This document shows, piece by piece, positions 1-9,684 of a stretch of DNA of 64,000 nucleotides (the first letter of the stretch is position 1; each line of letters opens with the position of its first letter). The notes beneath the pieces were generated by a model, which was given only the letters and a program-made list of their open reading frames with translations, was not told the origin of the DNA and made no database searches. This stretch comes from Candidatus Falkowbacteria bacterium (GTDB taxonomy: Bacteria > Patescibacteriota > Patescibacteriia > UBA11705 > JABHMO01), in the NCBI GenBank assembly GCA_018674305.1, contig JABHAL010000004.1, forward strand, positions 446-64,445. Direction: 5' to 3'. The position numbers and the translations under genes are program-made.

Positions 1-146
1 CACAACACGCCTCACAAAATCAACATCCTAGAACTGGAACTGCTTGTGCCCCGTTCACCTGCGCCGAGTTTGCAAGCTTCCGGCGGTCGAAAACCAAATC
101 TGGATCAACTGGAAGGCAACGTCGAAGAGTATTTCTAGAAAACCAA

Positions 147-179
147 AACGCTCCCCGCCATGCGGGAGAGCGTTTTTTA
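147..179. terminator. GC hairpin (gctccccgcc...gcgggagagc) with T-run on one side and A-run on the other. Likely a bidirectional intrinsic terminator.
   Basis: Inverted repeat followed by TTTTTTAT, read directly from the sequence. It lies just downstream of minus-strand gene 199..720. Confidence 0.5.
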
Positions 180-198
180 TTTACTCCAATTTTTATAA

Positions 199-720
199 TT
201 ATCTTTTTCTCCTAATTATATTCGGAATCAAAAATTTTCTTTTGTTATCACTCAAATTTTCAAAACTATCAACAACTTCCATTAGTTTAGCGCTGGCAGA
301 TTCTGCAAAAGCTACCACTTCAACACGACAACCGTTTGTGTTCTGAACATATTCAACCAAAGGAATATAATCACCATCACCAGAAACTAAAATTATTACA
401 TCAAGACTTTGGGACAGCTTAACTGCATCCATAGCAATACCCACATCCCAATCACCTTTTTTAGCGCCACCAGGAAAAATTTGCAAATCTTTTGTTTTAA
501 CTTCATAGCCAACTTTTTCCAATGCTTCAAAAAAATTCTTTTCTAAACCTTCCATTGTTTTAATACCATAAGCTATGGCGCGAATCAGTTTTCGATCACC
601 AACTGACTCTTTTAAAATGGCGCCAAAATTAACTTTCTTTTTGTACAAAACCTTACCACTATAATACAGGTTTTGAATGTCGACCAAAACGCCGACTCGT
701 TGTTCTTTGAAAATAGACAT
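199..720 (-). CDS. NYN/LabA-like domain protein (predicted RNase-like, DUF88 family)
   Basis: 173 aa. The ILVSGDGDY motif and overall pattern are typical of the LabA/NYN family. Confidence 0.6.
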   Translation of the reverse strand: MSIFKEQRVGVLVDIQNLYYSGKVLYKKKVNFGAILKESVGDRKLIRAIAYGIKTMEGLEKNFFEALEKVGYEVKTKDLQIFPGGAKKGDWDVGIAMDAVKLSQSLDVIILVSGDGDYIPLVEYVQNTNGCRVEVVAFAESASAKLMEVVDSFENLSDNKRKFLIPNIIRRKR

Positions 721-723
721 AAG

Positions 724-813
724 TTATATTGTTATATTGTTATATTGCTATATTGTTATATTGCTTGCCGTGAACTTAACAAAGTTATAGTTCATGGCTA
801 TATTGCTATATTG
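724..813. repeat. Tandem octamer repeats (TTATATTG/CTATATTG), 5 copies then 2 more. Located in the upstream region of the NYN gene.
   Basis: Direct reading: ttatattg x5 at 724-763 and ctatattg x2 at 798-813. Confidence 0.8.
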
Positions 814-920
814 TTTAAACAATTTAACAATCTGACAATTTACTATTCTATAGTATCATAATTAATCTGAAACTAAAACCATAACTGTTCGCTGAACAAT
901 AATCTGTAACTATAAAAAAA

Positions 921-954
921 TCCCCCGACAAACGTCGGGGGATTTTCTGCTTTT
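921..954. terminator. Intrinsic terminator hairpin (tcccccgacaaacgtcggggga) with flanking A/T runs. Bidirectional.
   Basis: Perfect 9-bp stem. It reads as hairpin plus T-run on the minus strand, downstream of gene 958..3252. Confidence 0.7.
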
Positions 955-957
955 CTA

Positions 958-3252
958 TTAAAACACTAATGTTCCAAAATATAAAGGAAAGTCATCATGC
1001 ACCAAAACATCCTCATTGGTCTCTACGTCCTTACCAACCACCATATAACTTGCTGGCATTGATAATTGTATAGTATCGTTAGTACTGGCAATGGTAGAAT
1101 CCGCATAAACATCAAAACTGTATGTTTGTCCTGCCGCTAAGTAATAATTGATGTTAGTTGTAAAAATTGACTTCAGGCTATTACTATAATATGTTGGCCA
1201 CATCACACCACTATTATTTGATAGTTCTATTCGCCAATCAACGAACTTAGATGGGACTGCAGAATTTACGTTAAAACCTAACTCCGAAAGCTCAACGTCC
1301 TTAGTTACCATAATATCAATAGTTGCTACTTTAAGACCTGTTGATGGTGTGGCTGTTCCTGTAGGTGAATTTGAACTAACGCTAACATAGATCCCTGCCT
1401 GTTCAACAACCTGTTCCACACACGCACCATTTACACAGGTTTTATTATTTGGACAAACCGTTCCTTCTGTTGAAATAGGTGGGGCTCCCGGGATTTGATT
1501 ATCTACTGCTATATATCCATCATTACAATAATATTCAATAACGTTCCCTGAACTAGTACAATAATCCTTCTTTGTTTCCCAACTACTATCATTCCAATTT
1601 ACACCTGTTGTTTCACCAGCTGACTCTAAATTAATTCCTCCGTCAGTGTCCTGACATTCTACTGCTGCACAACTTCCATCTTCATGACAAAATAACTGTG
1701 GTTCTCCACAAGCTACCCAAACTGCTCCTGGCTCAACTGGGTTACTACAATAACCATTACTATCACAAATTTCTTGTGTACATGGATTCATATCATTACA
1801 ATCATACTCATTTGTACACTTCACTATAGGACCATTCTGTCCCACACAAGAACCCTGACTACAAGCTGTTCCAGATGGACATTCAAAATAATGGCCATTA
1901 ACCCTGCCGTCAGGTAAACATTGTGATTCAACTACCCAGGCGCCAGTTTCAGTTTGTGCGCCGTTAACTTCTTCAGCGCAATAATCATCACTATAAACTA
2001 GCTGGCTAAAAGTATAATCCCAACCAAGAATAGTGGTAGATTGATAAATATCATTACCATCTGGATCATCACACATATCAGATAAAGCATCAGCTCCAGT
2101 AAATTCAGGGAAATCAATAGAGAAATCTCCAATAATATTTGCAGTTTCTAAAGAATTCAAGCTGTAAGCAACTACTGACTCCTCATCAATCATACTTAAC
2201 TGCAACTTCTGATTAACTCCTATCATCCCCTCTTTAATGAACACCACATACACACCTTTTTCAACTCCAGCTGGAAAAATATAATTATTACTAGATAAAT
2301 CAAAGCTAATTTGATCTGAACCACTGATTTGGCCTTGAACTAAGAAATCTCCGCTATCTTGATACAGTCTCCAATAAGCAGGTTTCATTATCAGTGGCCA
2401 ACCTTGTTTAATTTCAAAATTAAGTTGGTTAACCTTAATATCTTCATTTGCATTAAATTTTAATCTTGCAACAATATTCTTCTCCATATTCAAAGTACCA
2501 TTTGGCAAAGATGTATCTTGCTGTACACTTAATTCAGTACTTGCCAATACACACGCACCTTCTACACAAGAACCTGGACAATCATAACTATTCCAGCTTA
2601 CTTTACCGGTCTTTTCATTACAAAAATATTCTAATATTCTTCCCTCGTCCCAACATTTGTCATCCGCTTCATAAAACTCATCAGTTGTTGGGTGTAATCC
2701 TTTGATATGCCCCTTCATTCCTAAATTAGCAAATTTATAAGAATTAATAGGCAAACCAACATCATTTTTGTCAGTTACGTCACTATCAAGACAAGCGCCT
2801 TCTGTCTCACCTGGAATACCGACTCCGATTATTCTTTTCTTCAAAACTTTCCTGGCTCTACCCATTTTGTACCATGCTTTAAGTAAGGTTTTGTACCGCT
2901 TGGCATCCTTTGGTTTAAATACAACCGTAACTCGACAAGTTTCTTGTGGTCTCAGCTGAGACTTACAAGTTGTCTTATTTCTATCAAAGGTAAAACCGTT
3001 TGCCAATTTAGAAAAACTGAACTTGATAGTTCTACGTTTTTCAACATTTTTCACTACAAAAGTTTTACTAACTGAATCACCCACCATTACTGAACCGAGA
3101 TTCTCGGTCCCCATGTCAATAAATTGCAATCCAGTGTTAACTGCGTTATTCGCCATCATGGCGGCAGCAGCTACTGCAATAATTCCAGCAACTACAACCT
3201 TGGTGGTTGATTTAGTGCTAGTTTTACTTTGTGTTTGTGTCATTGTTTTCAT
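958..3252 (-). CDS. Large secreted/anchored surface protein. N-terminal TM/signal, conserved beta-sandwich-like N-module, then three Cys-rich repeat modules.
   Basis: 764 aa. N-terminal hydrophobic segment VVVAGIIAVAAAAMMA. The ~250-aa N-module is highly similar to the neighbouring gene. Repeated Cys-rich motifs end in G.CV. Confidence 0.6.
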   Translation of the reverse strand: MKTMTQTQSKTSTKSTTKVVVAGIIAVAAAAMMANNAVNTGLQFIDMGTENLGSVMVGDSVSKTFVVKNVEKRRTIKFSFSKLANGFTFDRNKTTCKSQLRPQETCRVTVVFKPKDAKRYKTLLKAWYKMGRARKVLKKRIIGVGIPGETEGACLDSDVTDKNDVGLPINSYKFANLGMKGHIKGLHPTTDEFYEADDKCWDEGRILEYFCNEKTGKVSWNSYDCPGSCVEGACVLASTELSVQQDTSLPNGTLNMEKNIVARLKFNANEDIKVNQLNFEIKQGWPLIMKPAYWRLYQDSGDFLVQGQISGSDQISFDLSSNNYIFPAGVEKGVYVVFIKEGMIGVNQKLQLSMIDEESVVAYSLNSLETANIIGDFSIDFPEFTGADALSDMCDDPDGNDIYQSTTILGWDYTFSQLVYSDDYCAEEVNGAQTETGAWVVESQCLPDGRVNGHYFECPSGTACSQGSCVGQNGPIVKCTNEYDCNDMNPCTQEICDSNGYCSNPVEPGAVWVACGEPQLFCHEDGSCAAVECQDTDGGINLESAGETTGVNWNDSSWETKKDYCTSSGNVIEYYCNDGYIAVDNQIPGAPPISTEGTVCPNNKTCVNGACVEQVVEQAGIYVSVSSNSPTGTATPSTGLKVATIDIMVTKDVELSELGFNVNSAVPSKFVDWRIELSNNSGVMWPTYYSNSLKSIFTTNINYYLAAGQTYSFDVYADSTIASTNDTIQLSMPASYMVVGKDVETNEDVLVHDDFPLYFGTLVF

Positions 3253-3261
3253 AATTTTAAA

Positions 3262-5310
3262 TTAATTTTGAGGGACACATTGCTTTAATGTATTATCCCA
3301 TAATATATTATTATTATTTTCTGTTTTACCGCAAAAACAACCAGCACCAAAAGCAATTTCTCCGAGACCGCTATATGAAATCAAATCTGGATTACACTCA
3401 CAACCGTTACTGGGATTATTATCAAAATCCATCCAACCATCACCACATTCCCACTGACACTGAAACTCATCCGCATATATTATACCATTATTGGTATTAT
3501 AACTGTAGTCTGGCTCTATATATGCTTTGATGTTTGGCTTGGTTAAACTAACTAACACTCTACAACCACTGACAATTGTATTTCCATTTAATTGAACTTT
3601 ATTCAGTCCAGAAATAGCATCTAAAACACTCACATCAGTTACTTGGTTATTTCTAAAATCAAGTTCTTTCAAATTAGACAAATTATCTAAACCTGACAAA
3701 TTATTAATATTATTATTTTCAGCCCAAAGCTTTTCTAGCTTAGTTATATTTTGAATCGGGCTTAAGGACTGAATTACATTATCTCCAATATCTAAATATT
3801 TAACATTAGTACTATTTTCTAAACCGACTAAACTACTAATAAAATTATTATTTAATCCCAACCTACCTTCTATTTTTGTTAAATTGGCTAAAGCAGAAAT
3901 ATTCTGGATATTATTATATCCCAGTCGGAGTGTTTTAAGTTCAGATAAATTGGTTAAAGCTGAAATGTCACTAATATTATTGTTTTCAGCATACAAAGCT
4001 ACAATATTAGTCAAGTTCGCCAAAGCAGAGAGATTACTAATACTGTTTTGACCAATGGTCAAAACCCACATATCTGGGAAATTTGCTAAAACTGAAATAT
4101 CAGAAAGACCGCTATTACTGGAAATATCTAACGTTTTTAATTTAATTAAATTTTCCAGTGAAGATATATCAACTACACTATTATTCGCTAAATAAAGTGA
4201 TTTCAAATTAATCAAGTTTTCCAATGGTTTAACATTAGTAATACCATTAAATCTCAAGTCAAGCGTTTCTAAATTGACTAAATTTGTCAGTGGCGCCAAA
4301 TCAAGATTAGTGATGTTGGAATTATAGCCGACCATACATAATTTTTTCAATTTAGACAAATACTCAAGACCACTTAAATTTGCCACCGGTTTATCCACCT
4401 TCGTGATAAAAGGTTGAGCAAAACAACCAGCTTGAATTAACTCTTCTATGTCCTGAACATCTGAAACTATGATATCTTCATCAAGTTTATCAATTTTTTG
4501 TCTTATAATTGTTTCTAAATTTTCATCTGGGAAAGTTATAACAGAATTTGGGTCTATAATTGGATCCGCCGCTGGAACCACTTCCGGCTCAACCGAAACC
4601 AATACACATCGCCCCTCTAAACAACTACCTGGACAATCATAACTGTTCCAACTAACTTTACCGGTATTTTCATTACAAAAATATTCCAATATGCGTCCTT
4701 CATTCCAACACTTATCATCAGCTTCATAAAACTCGTCCGTTGTCGGATGAATACCGCTAATATGTCCTCTTTTAGTCAGATTAGCAAATTTATATGTCTT
4801 GTATGGTAATCCCACATCATTTTTATCTTTTTCATCACTATCTATACAAGCCCGATCACTTTCTGCCGACATGCCAAAACCTACCAATCTTTTTCTTAGC
4901 GATTTTTTTGTTCTTCCTTTTCTGCTTATTACATTAAGTTCAGCTTTATACCTTTTAACTTCCTGTGGCTTGAAAACAACTGTAACCCTACAAGTTTCTC
5001 GTGGTTTCAAAACATGCTTACAAGTTGTCTTGTTAGTATTAATTGTGAAACCCTTAGCTAAACTTTTGATAGCAAAGTTAATAGGCTGTCGCTTTTCCAT
5101 GTTTTTTACCACAAAAGTTTTGCTAGCTAAATCACCAACCATAACAGTCCCAAATTTATATGTCCCACGATCAAGAAATTGCAAGCCTGTATTATTAGCT
5201 GCATTAACCCCAATCATTGCTGCTGCCACGGCTGCAATAATTCCTGCCACTACTACTTTAGTAACTGCCTTAGTATTGGTTTTTATCTCTGTTCGTGTCT
5301 TTGTTTGCAT
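3262..5310 (-). CDS. Large secreted/anchored surface protein. Same N-module as 958..3252, followed by ~15 leucine-rich repeats (internalin-like) and a Cys-rich C-terminus.
   Basis: Paralog of the upstream gene. LRR motifs L..L..L.L..N.I.D.S.L. Start chosen at MQTKTR with an AAGGA RBS. The 9-bp gap to the next gene suggests an operon. Confidence 0.65.
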   Translation of the reverse strand: MQTKTRTEIKTNTKAVTKVVVAGIIAAVAAAMIGVNAANNTGLQFLDRGTYKFGTVMVGDLASKTFVVKNMEKRQPINFAIKSLAKGFTINTNKTTCKHVLKPRETCRVTVVFKPQEVKRYKAELNVISRKGRTKKSLRKRLVGFGMSAESDRACIDSDEKDKNDVGLPYKTYKFANLTKRGHISGIHPTTDEFYEADDKCWNEGRILEYFCNENTGKVSWNSYDCPGSCLEGRCVLVSVEPEVVPAADPIIDPNSVITFPDENLETIIRQKIDKLDEDIIVSDVQDIEELIQAGCFAQPFITKVDKPVANLSGLEYLSKLKKLCMVGYNSNITNLDLAPLTNLVNLETLDLRFNGITNVKPLENLINLKSLYLANNSVVDISSLENLIKLKTLDISSNSGLSDISVLANFPDMWVLTIGQNSISNLSALANLTNIVALYAENNNISDISALTNLSELKTLRLGYNNIQNISALANLTKIEGRLGLNNNFISSLVGLENSTNVKYLDIGDNVIQSLSPIQNITKLEKLWAENNNINNLSGLDNLSNLKELDFRNNQVTDVSVLDAISGLNKVQLNGNTIVSGCRVLVSLTKPNIKAYIEPDYSYNTNNGIIYADEFQCQWECGDGWMDFDNNPSNGCECNPDLISYSGLGEIAFGAGCFCGKTENNNNILWDNTLKQCVPQN

Positions 5311-5399
5311 AAAACTATCCTTAATAAACAATAAATGTTAAACCATAAACTAATTTATTAAGTTTTAAATTATATATTTATTTTTACTTTAACAAATTA

Positions 5400-6392
5400 C
5401 TAGTTTTTCAATTCCAATTCTTGCTCAAAAATATCTTTATGTTTATCTAATTCACCTACTGCCGCTAAATAAAGTTGTTTTACTTTTTCTTGATCACTTA
5501 ATCTTTCTTCGACTAAACTACGTAAAATTTCAATTGTCTGTTCATGGGTCTTGGTTCCACGGATACGAAAAGCCTGATATTTATCAGCAATAACTAAGCG
5601 CACTCGAAAGGCCTGATATTTATCAGCTAATTCCAGAGAAGCCATCTGAGGATCCACATTTTCTATTCCTACCCTAGCTGGATCATGGCCATCAATCATG
5701 TGATGACTAGCTGCCACTTCCACAACCCGATTATCAACACCTTGATCTCTTAAAATATCATATGACCAATAAACATGCGCTGACCACAAAAGTCCCATGC
5801 GGATTTTTTTTCCTATTTTTGTTTCAAATCTTTTTTCTTGTTGTTTTTTTCCTGCTGAAACAATTCTTGTTAATATTTCATCCGCTCTCTCTTCAGTCAA
5901 ATCACCTTCATCAACCTTAATTTGCAAAGCTTGCTGTAAAGTCAATTCTTGTGGTGTGACTTCATGATTATTAACTGTGTAAATTATTTGATTAAAATCT
6001 AAATTGAACACATCCACAAACGCTTGTTGCTCTTCCGGTGTGGCTTCAGCTGGCCCAGACTTGCCTACATCATGAACCAAGCAAGCAAACCGCAGTTCAT
6101 TCATTTCACTTTCGTCCATTTCAATATCCTCAACCAAATTATCAATAATCTCGGAAATTTCTACTGCATCCTGAAAATGAGAATTGCGTTTTTGAAGATT
6201 TAATCCTTCAATGTTTGACAATTTACTCAAACGATTCAAAATTGTTTGTGATACATTTTCATAACCCAAAGCACCAAACAATTCCTGAATTTGTTCTGGG
6301 CTTCTTTTGTCATTATGAAAATCTCTTTTTAATTTTTGTTCATACAGATTATGCATGAACATATCATTTTCAAACGGCATAACAAAAACCAA
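5400..6392 (-). CDS. HD-domain phosphohydrolase
   Basis: 330 aa with the motif ACLVHDVGK. Contains an in-frame internal duplication (ADKYQAFR x2). Confidence 0.55.
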   Translation of the reverse strand: MVFVMPFENDMFMHNLYEQKLKRDFHNDKRSPEQIQELFGALGYENVSQTILNRLSKLSNIEGLNLQKRNSHFQDAVEISEIIDNLVEDIEMDESEMNELRFACLVHDVGKSGPAEATPEEQQAFVDVFNLDFNQIIYTVNNHEVTPQELTLQQALQIKVDEGDLTEERADEILTRIVSAGKKQQEKRFETKIGKKIRMGLLWSAHVYWSYDILRDQGVDNRVVEVAASHHMIDGHDPARVGIENVDPQMASLELADKYQAFRVRLVIADKYQAFRIRGTKTHEQTIEILRSLVEERLSDQEKVKQLYLAAVGELDKHKDIFEQELELKN

Positions 6393-6444
6393 AATAAGAA
6401 CTTCTTAAGTGAAGCTAATTTATTCATAGAAATTATACCATATT

Positions 6445-7773
6445 TTATCTTTTTCTCCTATTACTTTTAATTATATAAAACAAAATCAAATACATCACAA
6501 CCATCACCCACCAGCTAATATTAACTTCCACTGACGCCCATTTAAATGCTGAAAATATTTCGACTACTTTGATTACATACCCCAAGACCAACCACGAGAA
6601 CCAACCAATTATTTGACCAAGAAACAAATATACAGATGAAGAGATAAACTGCAAAAAACCAACTAACATAGCGATTGGAATCACTGGCAAAACCAACAGA
6701 TTAACAACTGGTGCCACAATTGAAAGTCGGCCGAACTGAAATAGGATTAACGGTAGAGTAAAAATTATTGCGGATAACGTTGAAGTTAAATTTTCCTGCA
6801 AACCAAATTTCCTTGGCACCCATTTAAATCCTTTAATCAACTTTGGAGATAAATAAACTAAACCTATTGTTGCCAAAAATGAGAGCTGAAAACCAGCATC
6901 CCAAATCAAAATTTTTGGATTAAACAATGCCATCACTACGGCTGACAAAATTAAAACATTACTTACCTTACTTTTTCTGCCTAAATGTTTAGCCAACAAA
7001 ACTATACTACCCATTATAGCGGCCCGAATCACCGACGCGCTGGCACCAGTTAAAATCACAAAGAAAAATAACGCAATTAATATCCCCCATATTGATTTTT
7101 TGCGATTAATTGAAAGTGAAGTGAAAAAATTCAAAAGTAAAATCACGATAATCGTAATATTATAACCAGAAATAGCGATAATATGCGTTATCCCGGTAAC
7201 ATTGAACTTATTTAACAGATCCTGCGGGATCCCCTGTCGTGCCCCCACCAATATCCCACCAACTAAAGCTGCTTGCGGTTCCGCCACTGTACGATTAATT
7301 TTTGTTTGCATCAGCCACTTTAACTTGAGTATGCCGGCAATAAGGATATTGCCGCTTCCGGTTCGTAATGAACGGATTTGTGGCTGATAACACACTGAAT
7401 AAATTCCGTAACGTGCCAAATATCTATCATATTTAAAATTCTCAATTTGCTCGGGAGTTTGCAATTTACATTTAACTTCCAATAAATCACCATATTCAAA
7501 CTCTGGATATAATTGAGTCCGAAGCAAAACTTTTCCTCTAAGTTCTGTCGGTTTAACGGTTAGCTTCTGGTGATCCAATCGAACATCCGGCTCTGTGGAA
7601 ATCACAGCCTGAAAAGTCATCTGTTTATTATTATAAAAAGAAATATGTTTTTCATTAAACTTGGGAGAATAAAATATCGCCCAACTCAATTGAAACAGTA
7701 GGATAACAAAACAAATCAGGAAAAACTTTTGCGACTTTTTAAGTTTCATAAATTCATTATAACAAAAAAGCAC
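6445..7773 (-). CDS. comEC: ComEC/Rec2-family DNA internalization channel (DUF4131 plus competence domain, no beta-lactamase domain)
   Basis: 442 aa. N-terminal TM plus OB-like region, polytopic membrane core with an IIAISGYNI motif. Confidence 0.65.
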   Translation of the reverse strand: MLFCYNEFMKLKKSQKFFLICFVILLFQLSWAIFYSPKFNEKHISFYNNKQMTFQAVISTEPDVRLDHQKLTVKPTELRGKVLLRTQLYPEFEYGDLLEVKCKLQTPEQIENFKYDRYLARYGIYSVCYQPQIRSLRTGSGNILIAGILKLKWLMQTKINRTVAEPQAALVGGILVGARQGIPQDLLNKFNVTGITHIIAISGYNITIIVILLLNFFTSLSINRKKSIWGILIALFFFVILTGASASVIRAAIMGSIVLLAKHLGRKSKVSNVLILSAVVMALFNPKILIWDAGFQLSFLATIGLVYLSPKLIKGFKWVPRKFGLQENLTSTLSAIIFTLPLILFQFGRLSIVAPVVNLLVLPVIPIAMLVGFLQFISSSVYLFLGQIIGWFSWLVLGYVIKVVEIFSAFKWASVEVNISWWVMVVMYLILFYIIKSNRRKR

Positions 7774-7794
7774 CCTTATTAAGAGTGCTGTGTT

Positions 7795-8400
7795 CTACTT
7801 AGTCGGACAAGTCTTGATTTTCTGAACCACATATAACCACAATAAATTCAAACTTCCCTTAGCGTATTTGTAGTTGACTTTAAGTTTCCGGAACTGTTTA
7901 TTTACCGTTGTTGGGATAAAAGGAACTCGGTCACTAACAACCTTGGCCACGAGCACCGGCACATTATATTTCTTCGCCAATGCAGTTACGTGATAAGTTT
8001 CCTGATCAACAGCAACAACTCCACGTGAAATACCGAAGCGATGCCGGACCATTCCGTGAAAAGTTTGAAAAACTCCCTTTTCAACTCCCTTTTTCAGATT
8101 AATTGTTCTTGGAAAAATCCTTGTTGTATCAATGTCGAGTCGCTGAGTCATCAATGTCCCTGGTTTTCTGTAACGTACTTGAGTTGCGATGACAGTATTG
8201 CCAACTTTTAAATTTCTATTGACCGAACCGCAAAGCCCAAAACAGATTATCATATCCGGGACTTCTTTTTCCAGCTCAACACCTAAATTTTCAATGGTTT
8301 TGGAACAACCGATCCCAGTCACAATAATTTTCGACACAAACCCATTATCTGCACCGAAAGGAATCTCACCTTCATCAGCAACAACCAGCCAGATATTCAT
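7795..8400 (-). CDS. Purine nucleoside phosphorylase/MTA-SAH nucleosidase family (PNP_UDP_1)
   Basis: 201 aa. Fold-family pattern IIVTGIGCSK...VVAVDQETYHV. Confidence 0.45.
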   Translation of the reverse strand: MNIWLVVADEGEIPFGADNGFVSKIIVTGIGCSKTIENLGVELEKEVPDMIICFGLCGSVNRNLKVGNTVIATQVRYRKPGTLMTQRLDIDTTRIFPRTINLKKGVEKGVFQTFHGMVRHRFGISRGVVAVDQETYHVTALAKKYNVPVLVAKVVSDRVPFIPTTVNKQFRKLKVNYKYAKGSLNLLWLYVVQKIKTCPTK

Positions 8401-8530
8401 TCCTTCCTCCCTTTTATTTACTTTCTTTTCATTAAATATTATCCTATGAAACGTGTTTTGTCAAGGCTGTCCCAGTTGCCAAACTTGCTTAATTGCATTA
8501 TGCTTGGCATATAAACATTAAACAAAATAT

Positions 8531-9025
8531 ATGCAAGTACCAACCAGGCGCTATGATGCCAAAGCCAAAGCAACTGACCCACTGATAACTCAGCAAAAGT
8601 TTGATGAGCTAAATAATAATCTTGAAAAGTTACAAAAAAAATTGCCAAATGCCATGTCTGAAGTTTCCCGGTTAGCAGAGATGGGTGATTTCTCAGAAAA
8701 CGCAGCTTATCAAATGGCCAAAGGCCGCTTGCGTGGTATCCATAGACGAATTCAGGAAATTGAAACGCAACTAAAACATTCAGCAATTATTGAAGCCAAA
8801 CAAAACACTGATTCAGTTCACTTGGGACAAAAAGTTACTGTCAAAAGCGACGGTCAAACAAAAACTTTTCAAATTCTGGGACAAACTGAAACCAATCCCA
8901 GCGCAGGAATCATTTCCCGCTATTCCCCACTGGGGACTTTGCTTTTAGGTAAAAAAATCGGTGACATTGTTGAAGTACAATCAGAAAATAAACTCATTAA
9001 ATATCAGATAGTTAGTATTGATTAA
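8531..9025 (+). CDS. greA: Transcription elongation factor GreA
   Basis: 164 aa. GDFSENAAYQMAKGRL and the C-terminal FKBP-like region align with GreA. The antisense ORF 8439..8786 is judged spurious. Confidence 0.85.
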   Translation: MQVPTRRYDAKAKATDPLITQQKFDELNNNLEKLQKKLPNAMSEVSRLAEMGDFSENAAYQMAKGRLRGIHRRIQEIETQLKHSAIIEAKQNTDSVHLGQKVTVKSDGQTKTFQILGQTETNPSAGIISRYSPLGTLLLGKKIGDIVEVQSENKLIKYQIVSID

Positions 9026-9187
9026 TGTTTATTCTGTTTTTAAAAAAATGCTTAGTATTTACTGAGTTTTTTTGATTTTCTATTTACAATATAAGACCAA
9101 AACAACCTATTGACATACTCCAAAGAACTTGTTAATCTACTCTATTGAGCCTACTATCTAGGCACAAAAGACTAAACGGAGGATATT

Positions 9188-9622
9188 ATGAGTGGTCAAA
9201 CATTCAGTATTTTGTGGGGAACCAACGATGTAGGACAATTTGCCATACAAAAAACGTTAGCTAAGCTCCAGGAACTTGGGCACAAATTGTTCTTCACTGA
9301 AGACCCAACTGAGCTGCTAAACGCACTGGGTTCACCAGACAGAACCTTTGATCTGGTGGTCATTGAACCTGAGCATCTGAAAAAGTCAGACGACTGGCCA
9401 GAAGCCGAAGGTAGTAATCAACCACGGGTTCACACCGGCTATGCGCTAGCCGCAGAAATCAGAAAAAATTACGCCCGGCTGCGGATTATGATTCTCACTT
9501 CTTTTACCCCACAAGAAGAAACACTAGAACAATGCGGTCTAACTGCTATTGAAAACTGGGGCACAATTGTTCGCAAGCCCTGCCTGAGCGAAGACCTTAT
9601 TCAGGCTATTGAAACCGGTTAA
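9188..9622 (+). CDS. Receiver-like (CheY-fold) domain protein, probably degenerate
   Basis: 144 aa. DLVVIEPE, ILTS and RKP follow the receiver pattern, but the acidic pocket is not canonical. Confidence 0.35.
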   Translation: MSGQTFSILWGTNDVGQFAIQKTLAKLQELGHKLFFTEDPTELLNALGSPDRTFDLVVIEPEHLKKSDDWPEAEGSNQPRVHTGYALAAEIRKNYARLRIMILTSFTPQEETLEQCGLTAIENWGTIVRKPCLSEDLIQAIETG

Positions 9623-9628
9623 TAATCA

Positions 9629-9664
9629 CAAACGCTCCAATTCAATTTTGGAGCGTTTTTTTAT
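9629..9664. terminator. Intrinsic terminator (aaacgctccaa...ttggagcgttttttt)
   Basis: Perfect hairpin plus T-run between convergent genes. Confidence 0.8.
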
Positions 9665-9684
9665 CAGAATAAATTATTTGATTA

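Noticed and set aside
44-346. 100-aa plus-strand ORF at the window start
   Set aside because: Overlaps the terminator hairpin and runs antisense to the NYN gene. Low-complexity translation.
8439-8786. 115-aa minus-strand ORF
   Set aside because: Antisense to greA, with no RBS or domain signal. The GreA alignment explains the region.
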